64,000 nt of DNA from Planctomycetota bacterium (lineage in GTDB: Bacteria > Planctomycetota > PLA2 > JAEUHO01). The notes beneath the pieces are model-generated. The model did not search any database, was not told the DNA's origin, and saw only the letters and a list, made by a program, of their open reading frames with translations. This document shows positions 27,353-38,295 of this stretch, in pieces. The stretch spans positions 1-64,000 of the forward strand of contig CBDCWP010000033.1 of assembly GCA_965223505.1 (NCBI GenBank), read 5' to 3'. The translations under genes and the position numbers were made by a program. Position 1 is the stretch's first letter; each line of letters starts with the position of its first letter.

Positions 27353-29968
27353 TCAACGATCGACGGCGAGGTCCAGCTTCAGGTCGGCTTCGCCCAGGAC
27401 GAGCTCCTTCAGATGCGGTGATCCGCTCTGCGACATGGACAACCGATAGCGCCCGGGCGCGAGGCCCTTGATCTCGTACTTGCCGTCGTCGCTGTCGACA
27501 CCCGTCTCCTTGTGCGGCATGCGCTTCCACGTTCCATCCGGCTGTTCGTGGAAGACGTGCAGCAACGTCTCGACGTTGCCTTCGCCCTGGCGCACGGTTC
27601 CGGAGATCGCGGCGCCGTTCGGCAGGTCGAAGTCGAGCACGAGCGGCTGCGCGCTGCTCTCGATCGTCACGGGCTTCGACGTGTACGGCGCATAGTGCAA
27701 GGAGATGACACGGAACACGTACGCGCCCGGTTCCAGGAACGCCTGGAAGACCCCGGGAATGGGCGTATGTGAGATCCGGGCGCGCGCGTCCTGCCACAAT
27801 AGCGTCTTCCAGTCACCGCCGGACGCCGGCCGAGCGTCGATGGTGTAGAGGCGATCGAGATTCTCGGCCTTGACGACGCGGCCCTCGGAGCGAACGAGCT
27901 CGACCTCGACGACGGCGGGTCCGCCGACCTCGAGCTCCTTCTCGACCGTCTCGAAGCCCGGCACGACGACGCGCACGGTGTAGACGCCCTTCGGCATCCC
28001 CTTGAGCCACATGTCGCCCTTGTCCGTGCGCTCGACGGGCGGAGGGAACGCATGGCTGAATTCGGACGGGCGGACTTCGATCGATCCGTCATCCGCGCGC
28101 GCTGCGCGGAACCCGACGGGCTCTTCCCCGGCGGCGTTGCCGACGACGTCGACGTGCCCGCGAACGCCGTTCACGTCGGCGGGTAGCCGCACGCGCAGGC
28201 CGACCTGCTCGTCGCCCTCGATGTCGATCACGATGGGCTCGCCGGTGACCGAGATGACGAGCTCGCGTTCGGTCGTCCAGGCGTGATAGTCGTCGTCACG
28301 CGGGGTCTCGGTGGTGTTGCGAACGAACACCCGGTACTTCGCGGCCGGCAGCCCCTTGATCTCGAACGTGCCGTCGTCGGCGACGTCGATCATCTGCTGC
28401 TGGAAGGGCCCCTCGACGGGCCGCACCCAGAGCCAGGTGCTCTTGGGGTCGAAGCCTTCGGGCAGAACGACGCGTCCCTTCGCGGACACGGACGCGCGTA
28501 GGACGATGCGCTCGTCTTGCCGGTTCTTGGTGACGTCGATCTCGTTCTCGTACTTCTCGACGCCCTCTCCCTTCAGGTGCACGTCGTAGACGCCGGGCCG
28601 CATGCCGTTCAGGCGGAACGTGCGATCGCCGGTGAGCGTGAGCTTGCGAACGCCCCAGCGCGCCCACGAGATGCCCCCGGCGCCGATGGTCCGGTAGTCG
28701 AGCCACATCTCGATCGGGCCGTCCCCTGGTGCCTCCACGACGCCGGCATAGACGAGGTCGCCGTGCAGGTGGAAGTCGTGCTCGAGGTCGGCATCGATCC
28801 AGTGCCGCAACGCCAGCGACTTGCCGAAGCCGCCTTCGGACGGCACGGCCAGCGCCAGCGAGCCGCCGGGCACGTTCTTGATCTCGTATCGGCCTCGCGC
28901 GTTGGTGTACACGGTGCCGTCGCCGAGCCGCTTCGGGACGTCCTCGTGGCCGGGCGCGCCGGCGCCGCAGCCCCTGCCGCCGCAAGCGGCGCCGCATGAT
29001 GCTTCGCCGGCGGGCACGACCGGGGCCGGCGGCTCCTCGGGGTTGCCGTCTTCGTCGACGCGCGGCTTGGGCAGGCGGTCCATGACCGCCCACGAGACGC
29101 CCATGCCGTCGACGGGTCGCTGCTTCGCGTCGACGATGCGGCCGCGGATCGTGAAGCGCTTCGCGCTCTCCTCTCCGCCCGACTTGGGCGCCGCTTCGTC
29201 TCCGTCGTCGGGCTTGGCGACGCCGGGCAGGAGAATCGGACGGTCGCGATTCGAGAGCGTCAGCGTTCCGTCGCCGGTGTCACGCACGTCGCCGATGGAA
29301 GAGCCCGCCTCGGACGACGCGTCGGAGAGGGCGCGAATGCCCGCGTACGCACCGAAGGACAATCCGCCGATGAGGAGCAAGAGAAGCACGACGGCGACGG
29401 GCGAGAGGGCGGTCGCAAGCCCGGCGGGACTGGAAAACCAGCCACCGAGGACGGCGCGCCATTGTCTGACATCGCCGTGTTCCTTGTCGAGGTGCGCGCG
29501 GATCTTGTCGAGGCCTCGTTTGATGCGTGTGCGAACGGTCTCCACGGGAAGGTCGAGCTTGGCGGCGATCTCCCTCGGCGGCAGGTCTTCGTAGTAGCGA
29601 AGGAGCAGTGCTTCGCGGTACTTGTCGTCGAGCGCGAGCAGCGCGCTGGTCATGTTGCGTCCGATCTCGGCGCGGGCTGCGAGCTCGGACGTGTCCGTCT
29701 CGCGCGCGGACTCGGGCGCGGCGTGTTCGTAGCGTTTGCGTGTGGACTCGCGGCGGTGGAGATCGAGGGCGCGGCGCCGTCCGACGGAGCCGAGCCAGGA
29801 GCGCAGCTTGCCGGGTCGTGCGCGGCCGCCGTGGAGGACGGCGAGCCAGGTTTCCTGAACGGCGTCTTCGACGAGGTCGTCGCCGCCGAGGACGCCGCGT
29901 GCCATGGCGCGGACGAAGTTGGTGTGGGACAGGAGCTGGTCGGGGGAGGGCATGGGGGCACGTGACAT
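27353..29968 (-). CDS. ECF sigma factor with TM and long extracytoplasmic extension (carboxypeptidase-regulatory-like beta-sandwiches)
   Basis: EDAVQETWL, LLRYYEDL..REIA..L..PVETVRTRIKRG, TM, repeated GR.VD / G.Y.I.GL.PG.Y motifs. Confidence 0.88.
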   Translation of the reverse strand: MSRAPMPSPDQLLSHTNFVRAMARGVLGGDDLVEDAVQETWLAVLHGGRARPGKLRSWLGSVGRRRALDLHRRESTRKRYEHAAPESARETDTSELAARAEIGRNMTSALLALDDKYREALLLRYYEDLPPREIAAKLDLPVETVRTRIKRGLDKIRAHLDKEHGDVRQWRAVLGGWFSSPAGLATALSPVAVVLLLLLIGGLSFGAYAGIRALSDASSEAGSSIGDVRDTGDGTLTLSNRDRPILLPGVAKPDDGDEAAPKSGGEESAKRFTIRGRIVDAKQRPVDGMGVSWAVMDRLPKPRVDEDGNPEEPPAPVVPAGEASCGAACGGRGCGAGAPGHEDVPKRLGDGTVYTNARGRYEIKNVPGGSLALAVPSEGGFGKSLALRHWIDADLEHDFHLHGDLVYAGVVEAPGDGPIEMWLDYRTIGAGGISWARWGVRKLTLTGDRTFRLNGMRPGVYDVHLKGEGVEKYENEIDVTKNRQDERIVLRASVSAKGRVVLPEGFDPKSTWLWVRPVEGPFQQQMIDVADDGTFEIKGLPAAKYRVFVRNTTETPRDDDYHAWTTERELVISVTGEPIVIDIEGDEQVGLRVRLPADVNGVRGHVDVVGNAAGEEPVGFRAARADDGSIEVRPSEFSHAFPPPVERTDKGDMWLKGMPKGVYTVRVVVPGFETVEKELEVGGPAVVEVELVRSEGRVVKAENLDRLYTIDARPASGGDWKTLLWQDARARISHTPIPGVFQAFLEPGAYVFRVISLHYAPYTSKPVTIESSAQPLVLDFDLPNGAAISGTVRQGEGNVETLLHVFHEQPDGTWKRMPHKETGVDSDDGKYEIKGLAPGRYRLSMSQSGSPHLKELVLGEADLKLDLAVDR

Positions 29969-30066
29969 TGTGGGATCTCCGGAGGCTGAGGACGAGCCTC
30001 CACCGAACGGTCGCGTGCGGTGCGGAAAGCGGTTCAGGGCGAGCGGGCCTGGGGGTTGGGCGCTGG

Positions 30067-30095
30067 TTGACAGGGTTGGGGGGCGTTTCTACGTT
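30067..30095 (+). promoter_or_regulatory. Putative sigma70 promoter of tRNA-Gly(CCC)
   Basis: TTGACA-N17-TACGTT. Confidence 0.65.
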
Positions 30096-30110
30096 CGTGC
30101 GTCGCTGAGG

Positions 30111-30186
<76 letters not shown>

Positions 30187-30358
30187 CTCTCCCCTCCGCG
30201 CGTCCCCACCTCGTGTCCCGTCCTCCGACGTGGTGCCACTCACGACATTCATTGGGGGATAGCGACGGCCGGAGCGAAGCGCAGGCCGTGCGTAAGGGGG
30301 TCTTGAGAAGACCCCCTTGAGAAAGCGAGTCGGTTCTGACCGCGGGCGAAGCCACGCG

Positions 30359-30386
30359 GTCGGTTCGAATCCGATCGGGCGCTCCA
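30359..30386 (+). repeat. Exact duplicate of the tRNA-Gly(CCC) 3' end (att-like)
   Basis: GTCGGTTCGAATCCGATCGGGCGCTCCA identical to 30159-30186. Confidence 0.9.
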
Positions 30387-30475
30387 ACCGAGTCATCTCC
30401 AAACGGTTTTGCCGAACTCTTGCACGTGCGCGCCGAACCACGCCGTACGCTCCCGCCAGGCACAAGGAGGCAGCC

Positions 30476-31474
30476 ATGCGGACACTCGTGATCGGCCTGT
30501 TGCTACTGGCAACCAACTTCGCGATTGCCGACGACAAGGCGAAGACCGGCGAGCTCGCGCTCGAGATACGGCTGCCAAGGTCCGTCGAGAGCGGGGAGCC
30601 GTTCGCGCTCTCGAGTGTGTTCGTCAACACCGGCAAGACGACGGTTTCGTTCGCGATTCCGGAGCACCTCGAGCACAGGAAGTTCCCCGTCTTCGTGTTC
30701 ACGGACGCCGAAGGCCAACAGTGGCGTCCGTACGACGCGCCCTTCCAGAGCCGATGGACGATCGGTCTCCACGGCGAGGTCGTCGAGCTCGCACCGGGTG
30801 CGAAGCGTGTCTTCGACCACAGGATCGCCAAGTTCGTGCGAGTCCAAGATCCGAACTCCCAGAAGTGGAACTCACCCGCACCCCTGCGCGCCGGGACCTA
30901 CACGGTCACAGCCGTCTACGAGCAGAAGGACAACGAGCTCGTGTACGGCGTGGATCGTGGTCCCGCCAAGCCCTTCGCATCGGAGAAGCGAGCGTACCCG
31001 GGGCTGTGGACCGGCAAGATCACGGCAAGACCCTTCGAAGTCGAAGTCTCGCCCCCGCGCGCATTCACCCTCACCATCGACAGCCCCTATGAGCTCCATC
31101 CCGACAGACCCTTCGAGCTGAACCTCGAGCTTCGCAACGGAAGCGACAAGCCCTTCGTCTTCGACGGCAGCATCCAGGTGATCGGCGCGAGCAAGGCCTA
31201 CGGCTCGGGCGCGCTCGTCTTGCATCCGCCGGGCTACGAGAAGGGCAAGTCCATTACGATCGGGCCCGGCAAGGTGCTGACCTGGAACGTCGACATCGGC
31301 ACACTCGACTTCGAGCCGGGCCACCGCGCCAAGAAGCGCGGCGCCGAGCCGAAGCCGCTTGCCGGCATCCTCCACAAACAGGGCATCTTCCTGCTCCACG
31401 CGAAGATCGTCGATGCCGAGCACGCGCACGTGACGTCGAACGAGCTCTGGCGGATGCGCAAGCACGCGCGGTAG
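30476..31474 (+). CDS. Secreted hypothetical protein with two beta-rich domains
   Basis: AAGGAGG RBS, signal peptide MRTLVIGLLLLATNFAIA. Confidence 0.8.
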   Translation: MRTLVIGLLLLATNFAIADDKAKTGELALEIRLPRSVESGEPFALSSVFVNTGKTTVSFAIPEHLEHRKFPVFVFTDAEGQQWRPYDAPFQSRWTIGLHGEVVELAPGAKRVFDHRIAKFVRVQDPNSQKWNSPAPLRAGTYTVTAVYEQKDNELVYGVDRGPAKPFASEKRAYPGLWTGKITARPFEVEVSPPRAFTLTIDSPYELHPDRPFELNLELRNGSDKPFVFDGSIQVIGASKAYGSGALVLHPPGYEKGKSITIGPGKVLTWNVDIGTLDFEPGHRAKKRGAEPKPLAGILHKQGIFLLHAKIVDAEHAHVTSNELWRMRKHAR

Positions 31475-32043
31475 GAAGACCGGCGCGTAGCCTCGCTCGC
31501 CGACGAGCCCGGCGTACCTTCGTGCCGGCAGTCGCCGAATCACAGCCCCTGCTCGCGTAAATCGTCCACGCGAGGACGAATCCCCGCCGCCGCCAGACGG
31601 CAGGGAGATCGCGGCGCGTAGGGTTCCGAAGAAGCGCCACCGATCGCCGGCAGGAGTTCCTTGGGGGCCATTGCACTCGAGAAGACGAACGACCCCGGCG
31701 TTTCGGATACACGAGAGCGCGAGCGACGCTGATCGGCTCGAGCGCGTCGCCAACATTTCCTTCATGAAGTCCGAGGGCCCTCGGGGCAGCCGACTGCTCG
31801 TTTCACACCGCCACACGAGTACCACACCGCGACAAGGGCTCTCGGAGCCCGTGGAACCCGCCGAAACGGTCGAATAACGGGATTCGACGCGAAAGAGACG
31901 CACGTCGATCCAGCTAGTATCCGTGACCGATGTCGTCGGTACGCCCAGATCGCAGCCCGTGCTAGCGGTCGTTTCCGCCGTGCACCGTCACGGCGCGGGC
32001 GCATTCGACGTGTTGATCGGGGGCTGGTCCGGAGGGGTTGTCC

Positions 32044-35000
32044 ATGTCGGAGAAGCGCGAAGCCGACCAGGAAGCTGGCGAGCCGCAGCAGGAGCGAAAG
32101 ATCCTCAAGGAGGAAACGCTTCACATCTCACCGCCGAAGAAGGTCAAGAAGCCGGTCAAGCCCGAGCCGCCGAAACCAGCCGCGCCGGTCCCGGCGCGCC
32201 TCAAGCATCGGATCGAGCCGTCGCCGAAGCCGAAGGCGCCCAAGAAGAAGAGCGCGCCAAAGCCCAAGGTTCCGCCCGTTGCGAAGGTCAAGGTCCCGCC
32301 GATCGCCGACATCAAGGTGCCGCCCGTCGCCAAGGTGGACCCTGCAGCAGAGAAAGAGAAGGCCGCGAAGGCCGACGACGAGAGCCCGGTGAGGATGGGC
32401 GCCGCGCAGAGCGTGCTCATGCGCATCGAGGAGAAGGCCGGCAAGGTTCCGCGCGTCATGCTGCAGGACATTCCCTCCGGCCCGTCGCCCCTGGTCATGC
32501 CGGGCGCGGACACCGTTCCGAGCGACCGCACCCTCGACCATTACGACATCGCCGGTGAGATCGGCCGCGGCGGCGTGGGCGTCATCTTCAAGGCGCGCGA
32601 CGTGGACCTCGGGCGCGACGTCGCGATCAAGCTTCTGCGCGAGGACATGAGCGGTCGCGTCGAGCTCGCACAGCGCTTCGTCGAAGAAGCGCAGATCAGC
32701 GGGCAGCTGCAGCACCCCGGCATCGCGCCCCTGTACGAGCTCGGCGTGCATCCCGACGGTCGCCCGTACTTCGCCATGAAGCTGATCAAAGGCCGCACGC
32801 TCGCTGGCCTGCTCAACGACCGGCACGACATCGCGAAGGGGCGGCATCGCTTCATTCAGATCTTCGAGAAGATCTGCCAGGCGATGGCGTACGTCCACTC
32901 GCGCGGCGTGATCCACCGCGACATCAAGCCCTCCAACGTCATGGTCGGCGCCTTCGGCGAGGTGCAGGTGATGGACTGGGGCTTCGCGAAGGTCCTCGGC
33001 CGCGGCGGCGTCGAGGACGAGCGCTCGGCGCGGCGGCTGCAGAGCGTCATCAGCATCATCGAGACCGTTCGCAGTGCTGGGGACGACGTAGGCTCGCAGT
33101 CGCTCGCGGGCTCGCTCATGGGCACACCGCCGTACATGCCGCCCGAGCAGGCCTCCGGCAACGTCAACTTGGTCGACGCACGTTCCGACGTGTTCGCACT
33201 CGGCGCGGTGTTGTGCGAGATCCTGACGGGCAAGCCGCCGTACACGCCCACCTCCGACGAGTCGGGCCAGTACGAGATCGTGCAACAGGCGTCGCGCGCG
33301 CAGCTCAACCCCGCACGAGAGCGGCTGGACAAGTGCGGCGCCGACGAAGAGCTCATTCGCATCTGTCGTGACTGTCTCGTGCCCGCCCAGGCGGCCCGTC
33401 CCGCGGACGCGGGCGTGCTGGCAGCGGAGATCGGCAACTACCTCGCGCACGTCGAGGAGCGAGCACGGGAGTCCCAGCTCGCCGCGGTCGCCGAACGCGG
33501 CAAGGCCAACACCGCGCGCGCCGAAGCGAAGGCGGCGGCGGCGAAAGCCGAACACGAACGCCGCGCGAGGCGACTCACGCTCGGACTCGGCTCCGCGGTG
33601 CTCGCGCTGGTGCTGCTGGGCGGCGGCGGGTTCCTGTTCTATCAGAGCAAAGCGAAGGAACGCGAAGCGCAGACCCACCGGGACGTGTCGACGGCACTGC
33701 AAGAGGCGGCGCGCCTGCACGGACTCGCGAAGGCCGATGCGCTCGGCGAATTCTCGAACTGGACGGCCGCGCTGACGAGGGCGAAGCAAGCCAAGGAGGA
33801 CGCCGCATCCGAAGACGGCAGCGCGAGCCTGCTCGCGCGCGCAACGGCGACCCTCGAGGAGATCGAGGCCGAAGAGGCGGCCGCGCGCCAGCGCGCCGAA
33901 CAGGCCGCGCGCGACGCCGCCATGGTCGCGCGACTCGACGAGATCCGCTCCCAGAAGGGCGACGACTTCGTGCCGCAGCGCTCCGAGGACCAGTACTGGC
34001 AAGCATTCAAGGAGTACGGGCTCGACATCGACACCGGCGCGCTCGACGCGTTGGGGGACCAGGTCGCGTCGTCGGCCATCGCGAAGGAGCTGATCGCCGC
34101 GCTTGACGAATGGGCGTGGGTGCGCGCCTACGGCACCGTTCCGCAGTCCAAGGTCGGGCGGCCGACGGGCGTCGCGCAGCGCGCGGACAAGGACAGCTGG
34201 CGCAAGGGACTGCGTACGGCGATTCGCAACAACGACGTCAGTCGTTTGAAGGAGCTGAGCAACAGCGCGAACGTAGCGTCACTGGGCGTGACGTCGGTGC
34301 ATCTGTTGGCCTCCGCGCTCGCGAACAGTGGCGAGCACGAACGCGCCGTCGACCTCCTGCATGAGGCGCAACGGCACCACGCGCAGGACCTGTGGATCAA
34401 CTTCTACCTCGGCCACTGGCTCACACAGCTCTCGCCCCCCCGCTGGGAGGAGGCGGCCCGCGCGTACACCGCCGCCATCGCAATTCGCCCCGAGGCCGCG
34501 GCGACCTGGAACAACCTCGGCATCGCGCTGCAGTCGCGCGGCGCGCTGGACGACGCCGTCGTAGCGTACAAGCGCGCCATCGAGCTGCGCGCCAACTACG
34601 CATCCGCGCACAACAACCTGGGAACCGTCTACGTAGACCGCAAGCAATACAGCGAGGCGCTCGCTTCGTTCCGCTCAGCGGTGCAGGCGCAGGCCGACCA
34701 CGCGCTCGCCTACTTCGGGATCGGCTCCGTGCTCCAGAAGCAGAAGAGGGTCGAAGACGCGATCCACGCCTACAAGCAGGCGCTCACCTACCGTCCGAGT
34801 CTGCACGAGGCCCACGATGCCCTCGTCGCGCTGCTCGGCACGGCGGGTCGCGGCGGCGAGATGTTGGCAGCATCGAAGCGCGTCGTCGACGCCAACCCGG
34901 ACGCGGGTTGGGCGCACCGCAACTACGGCTACGTCCTGTGGTCGCAGGGCCAGACCGACGACGCGATCAAGCACTACAAAAGAGCGGTCGAGCTCGATCC

Positions 35001-36276
35001 GAACGACGGCGTGGCGCAGCACGACTACGGCGTCGCGCTCGGACGCACCGGCGACTGGGACGGCGCGATCAAGGCCATCGAAGCCGCGTGCAAGGCCGAG
35101 CCGGAGGACGCGCTGTACCAGTCCAACCTGGGGTGGGCCCTGGAGAACAAGGGTGATCTCGGGGGCGCGGTGGTCGCGTTCCAGAAGGCCGTCGTCATGG
35201 ATCCCGGACTCGCCGTCGCGCACGACCAGCTGTCCAACGTGTATCTCAAGACCGGCAGGTTGGAGCCGGCCATCGACTCGCGCATCAACGCTGTCAAGGC
35301 CAACCCGGCCGCGTCCGGCTATGCCGCCGGGCTCGGCAACCTGCTCGGACGCGTGATGAGCCGCGCGCGCGCAGAAGCGCTCGTCGCCGAGCGTGTACCC
35401 AACATGTCGAAGGCGAGCCGCGTCAGATTCCAGGCCGAGCTGGCGTACGCGCTGTTCAACACCGGCGGCGATCGGGAGGGCGGGCATGCGGCGCTTCAGA
35501 TCGCGCTCGATCTCGCGCCGGGCGAAGCCTGGCTGCAGGAGCTGAAGGGCCGCTTCCTCTGGGCGGAGTTCGACTTCGAGGGTGCGGAAGCCGCGTTCCG
35601 AAACGCCACGCGCATGGACGCGAACCGCCCCTCCGCGCAAGCCCGCCTGGGATTCGCGCTCCAGAAGCTCGGACGATTCGGCATCGCGCTGGACGCGATT
35701 CGGCGAGGCCACGAGCTGGGCACGGAACAGGGCTGGACCGAGCCATCGGCGGACTGGGTGGAGGAGGCCGAGCGACTCGCAACCGCCCACGCCGAGATCA
35801 TCCTGTATACGACCGGCAAGAAGCAGCCCGCGGACGCGACGATGGGAAGCGCCGTGGGGATGGTGTGTCTCGCAACCGAGCGCTGGAGCAGCGCCGCGAA
35901 GTTCTACGAGGCGGTCGTGCAGGATCCCGAGCTCGACGCAGCGAAGAAGCCCTTCGAGCTCTACAACGCGGCGTGCGCGGCGGCGCGCGCCGGCACCGAA
36001 CCGACGCGCGGCAACGACATGGAGCGCCCGGACGACGACGCGCGCAAGGTGTGGCGCGGAAAGGCGCTCGCCTGGTTGCGCATGAGCCTCAAGCACTGGA
36101 CGACACAGGTCAAGAACCCCGAGATGGCCGCGGTCGCGCGCGGCAACCTGCTGTCATGGCTGCTGGATCCCGACCTCGCGCGTGTGCGCGACGGGGATCA
36201 TCTCGAGGAGCTCGATCCCGCCGAGCGCAAGGCGTTCGAAGCGTTGTGGATCGACGTCGCCACCGCCGTTAAGTGA
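32044..36276 (+). CDS. Ser/Thr kinase with TM segment and TPR repeats
   Basis: GRGGVG, VAIK, HRDIKPSN, DWG, PPEQ; many TPRs (WNNLG.AL, AHNNLG, YNAAC). Confidence 0.93.
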   Translation: MSEKREADQEAGEPQQERKILKEETLHISPPKKVKKPVKPEPPKPAAPVPARLKHRIEPSPKPKAPKKKSAPKPKVPPVAKVKVPPIADIKVPPVAKVDPAAEKEKAAKADDESPVRMGAAQSVLMRIEEKAGKVPRVMLQDIPSGPSPLVMPGADTVPSDRTLDHYDIAGEIGRGGVGVIFKARDVDLGRDVAIKLLREDMSGRVELAQRFVEEAQISGQLQHPGIAPLYELGVHPDGRPYFAMKLIKGRTLAGLLNDRHDIAKGRHRFIQIFEKICQAMAYVHSRGVIHRDIKPSNVMVGAFGEVQVMDWGFAKVLGRGGVEDERSARRLQSVISIIETVRSAGDDVGSQSLAGSLMGTPPYMPPEQASGNVNLVDARSDVFALGAVLCEILTGKPPYTPTSDESGQYEIVQQASRAQLNPARERLDKCGADEELIRICRDCLVPAQAARPADAGVLAAEIGNYLAHVEERARESQLAAVAERGKANTARAEAKAAAAKAEHERRARRLTLGLGSAVLALVLLGGGGFLFYQSKAKEREAQTHRDVSTALQEAARLHGLAKADALGEFSNWTAALTRAKQAKEDAASEDGSASLLARATATLEEIEAEEAAARQRAEQAARDAAMVARLDEIRSQKGDDFVPQRSEDQYWQAFKEYGLDIDTGALDALGDQVASSAIAKELIAALDEWAWVRAYGTVPQSKVGRPTGVAQRADKDSWRKGLRTAIRNNDVSRLKELSNSANVASLGVTSVHLLASALANSGEHERAVDLLHEAQRHHAQDLWINFYLGHWLTQLSPPRWEEAARAYTAAIAIRPEAAATWNNLGIALQSRGALDDAVVAYKRAIELRANYASAHNNLGTVYVDRKQYSEALASFRSAVQAQADHALAYFGIGSVLQKQKRVEDAIHAYKQALTYRPSLHEAHDALVALLGTAGRGGEMLAASKRVVDANPDAGWAHRNYGYVLWSQGQTDDAIKHYKRAVELDPNDGVAQHDYGVALGRTGDWDGAIKAIEAACKAEPEDALYQSNLGWALENKGDLGGAVVAFQKAVVMDPGLAVAHDQLSNVYLKTGRLEPAIDSRINAVKANPAASGYAAGLGNLLGRVMSRARAEALVAERVPNMSKASRVRFQAELAYALFNTGGDREGGHAALQIALDLAPGEAWLQELKGRFLWAEFDFEGAEAAFRNATRMDANRPSAQARLGFALQKLGRFGIALDAIRRGHELGTEQGWTEPSADWVEEAERLATAHAEIILYTTGKKQPADATMGSAVGMVCLATERWSSAAKFYEAVVQDPELDAAKKPFELYNAACAAARAGTEPTRGNDMERPDDDARKVWRGKALAWLRMSLKHWTTQVKNPEMAAVARGNLLSWLLDPDLARVRDGDHLEELDPAERKAFEALWIDVATAVK

Positions 36277-36288
36277 CGGTGTCCGCGC

Positions 36289-36759
36289 TCAGCGTCGGCT
36301 GAGCGCCTTGAGTCCGGCGAGCGACGCGCCGAACCCGCTGCCTGCGCGTTGGGAGACGCGCCACGCCTCGCGCGCGCGTTTCGACGGCTCCGACCGCCGC
36401 TCTTCCACCATCTGCTCCTCGCTCGGCGCCTTCTCCGAAGTCCGCTCCACCCAGCCCCCCAAGAAGAACGCGAGCAGGACGGCGGCCGCTGCCGCGATCC
36501 ACGTACGTCGGATCCGCCGGCGCAGCACGGTCGTGTCCGCCCGTTCGATCAGCTCCTCCGCCGCGATGGCCGGCGGCGTCGCCTCGTCCTCGAAGCGACT
36601 GCCCGCCAGCCCGCGAACGACGTCTTCGACCTCCGCGAGAACGCGGCGATTCTCCGCTGATGCCGCAAGCCACGTCTCGACCCGCCGCTTCTCTACGGCA
36701 TCGAGATCGCCGGTCACGTACAGCGGCAACAGCTCTTCGATCGGTTCACGCATCGACAT
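36289..36759 (-). CDS. Anti-sigma factor (zf-HC2-like N-terminus, Cys-less) with TM
   Basis: EELLPLYVTGDLD..E.RRVE.WL; overlaps the upstream ECF stop. Confidence 0.75.
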   Translation of the reverse strand: MSMREPIEELLPLYVTGDLDAVEKRRVETWLAASAENRRVLAEVEDVVRGLAGSRFEDEATPPAIAAEELIERADTTVLRRRIRRTWIAAAAAVLLAFFLGGWVERTSEKAPSEEQMVEERRSEPSKRAREAWRVSQRAGSGFGASLAGLKALSRR

Positions 36760-37267
36760 GAGGGGGTCCTCCGGAGGTGAGTGACAGCTTGCGCCGAAGC
36801 GCGAGAATGCCGCGGCGAAAGTGCACCTTCGCCGCGCCTTCACTGATCTCGAGCGCGCGGCTCAGCTCCGTGAAGGTCATCTGTTGCAGGATGCGCAGGC
36901 TCACGACCTCGCGCTGTCGTACCGGCAGCCGCGCAAGCGACTCGTGCAGGCGCCGGCGCTCCTCCTGCGCCATGACGCTCGCATCCGGCCCGCGCTCGGC
37001 CGTGACCGTCCCTGCGTCGTAGGGGTCGGGCACGAGCCGAACGCGCGCGCGTCGCCGGGCACGATCGATCGCGCGATTCGTAGCGACACGGGCCAGCCAG
37101 CCCGCGACGCGCTCGGCATCGACGGCGGACGAGCGCTCATAGAAGGCCAGGAGCGCGTCTTGCGCCACCTCGAGCGCATCCTCGCGATTGCCGAGCACGC
37201 GATAGGCCGCCGCGTACGTCGAGCCCTGATGAGCCTTCACGATCGTGGCGAAGCGTCCCGCGTCCAT
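36746..37267 (-). CDS. ECF sigma factor
   Basis: AYRVLGNREDA..VAQD, WLARVATNRAID, LPVRQREVV.LR, AAKVHFRRG. Confidence 0.9.
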   Translation of the reverse strand: MDAGRFATIVKAHQGSTYAAAYRVLGNREDALEVAQDALLAFYERSSAVDAERVAGWLARVATNRAIDRARRRARVRLVPDPYDAGTVTAERGPDASVMAQEERRRLHESLARLPVRQREVVSLRILQQMTFTELSRALEISEGAAKVHFRRGILALRRKLSLTSGGPPHVDA

Positions 37268-37278
37268 GGCCCCGTTCG

Positions 37279-38295
37279 CTACTTCTCGACGACCGACGTG
37301 GCGACGAGCACGTGCCGCCGGTCGCGCAGATCAAGTCCGTGAAACGTCCAGACCAACGCGCTGCCGTCGCGCTCGTCGGCATTGCTTCCGACCACGCGCC
37401 CCGGCATCTCGAGACGGACGACGAAGTCCTCGTCGCCCAGGTCGTGCGACAGGTCGAAGTCGAACTGCTCCCGCAGGAGCGCTTTCTGCAACGCCAGCGC
37501 CTGCGCGTCCGAGAGCGACAGCGCCGCGCGCGCGCGTTCGACGACCAACGCCCGCATCGCTTTCTGCGCCTTCGCAGCGAACGCCTCGACCTCGCCCGCG
37601 TCGCGTGAGAGCACGGTGACCACTTTCTCGGGCGCGAGGTGCGTTCGACAGTGCTCGGCAATCGCGTCGCGAACGTCGAGCTGCGCGTCGAGCAGTCCTT
37701 TCGCATCGGGCGCGACCGCAGCCAGCGCGCGATCGGCCCACAGCTGCATGCTCATGCGCTCGTAGCGGACCATCGCGTCGATCAGGCGCAGCCGGTCCTC
37801 GAGGGAGAGCTCGGGGATCGCGTCGGGATCCTCGTAGAGCGCCTCGATCTCCGGCGGGAAGCACACGCGCGAGAAGTAACGGTAGTCGGCCCAGTCACGG
37901 GGTTCGTACACGCGCGTAAAGCGGTAGTACGTGCGCCCGGCCTCCTCGCGGATCGAAACCGAGGTGCGAAAGCGAAGAACGCGCTCCGCGAAGGGATCCC
38001 CCTCGGCCGCGAACGACGTCGGCATGGCCTCGGCCGAGTCGTAGCTCGCGCGCGCGGTCCAGGTGTGCTCGACGTCTCCGTCATCGCGAGTCTCGACCGT
38101 GCGCGACGTCTCGTAGCCCTGGCCGTCGGGCTTGCGAACCGGACCGTAGTCCAGGTCGTCGCCGTCGCCGATGAAGGCATGCTCGACGTCGATGCGACCG
38201 TCGGCGTGAAGAACGATCGCTTCCTTGCGTTTCAGACAACCGCCCAGGAGCAAGGGCACGGCCAGAATCGCGATGATGGCGTGTCGGCGCTTCAT
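37279..38295 (-). CDS. Hypothetical lipoprotein
   Basis: Lipobox LLGGC; GAGGTG RBS. Confidence 0.75.
   Translation of the reverse strand: MKRRHAIIAILAVPLLLGGCLKRKEAIVLHADGRIDVEHAFIGDGDDLDYGPVRKPDGQGYETSRTVETRDDGDVEHTWTARASYDSAEAMPTSFAAEGDPFAERVLRFRTSVSIREEAGRTYYRFTRVYEPRDWADYRYFSRVCFPPEIEALYEDPDAIPELSLEDRLRLIDAMVRYERMSMQLWADRALAAVAPDAKGLLDAQLDVRDAIAEHCRTHLAPEKVVTVLSRDAGEVEAFAAKAQKAMRALVVERARAALSLSDAQALALQKALLREQFDFDLSHDLGDEDFVVRLEMPGRVVGSNADERDGSALVWTFHGLDLRDRRHVLVATSVVEK

Noticed and set aside
30359..30386. A third tRNA gene
   Set aside because: Only the T-arm and 3' acceptor strand are present; there is no D or anticodon arm.
31475..32043. Hidden gene or ncRNA in a 570-nt gap
   Set aside because: No ORF with recognisable motifs and no RNA family pattern that I can support.
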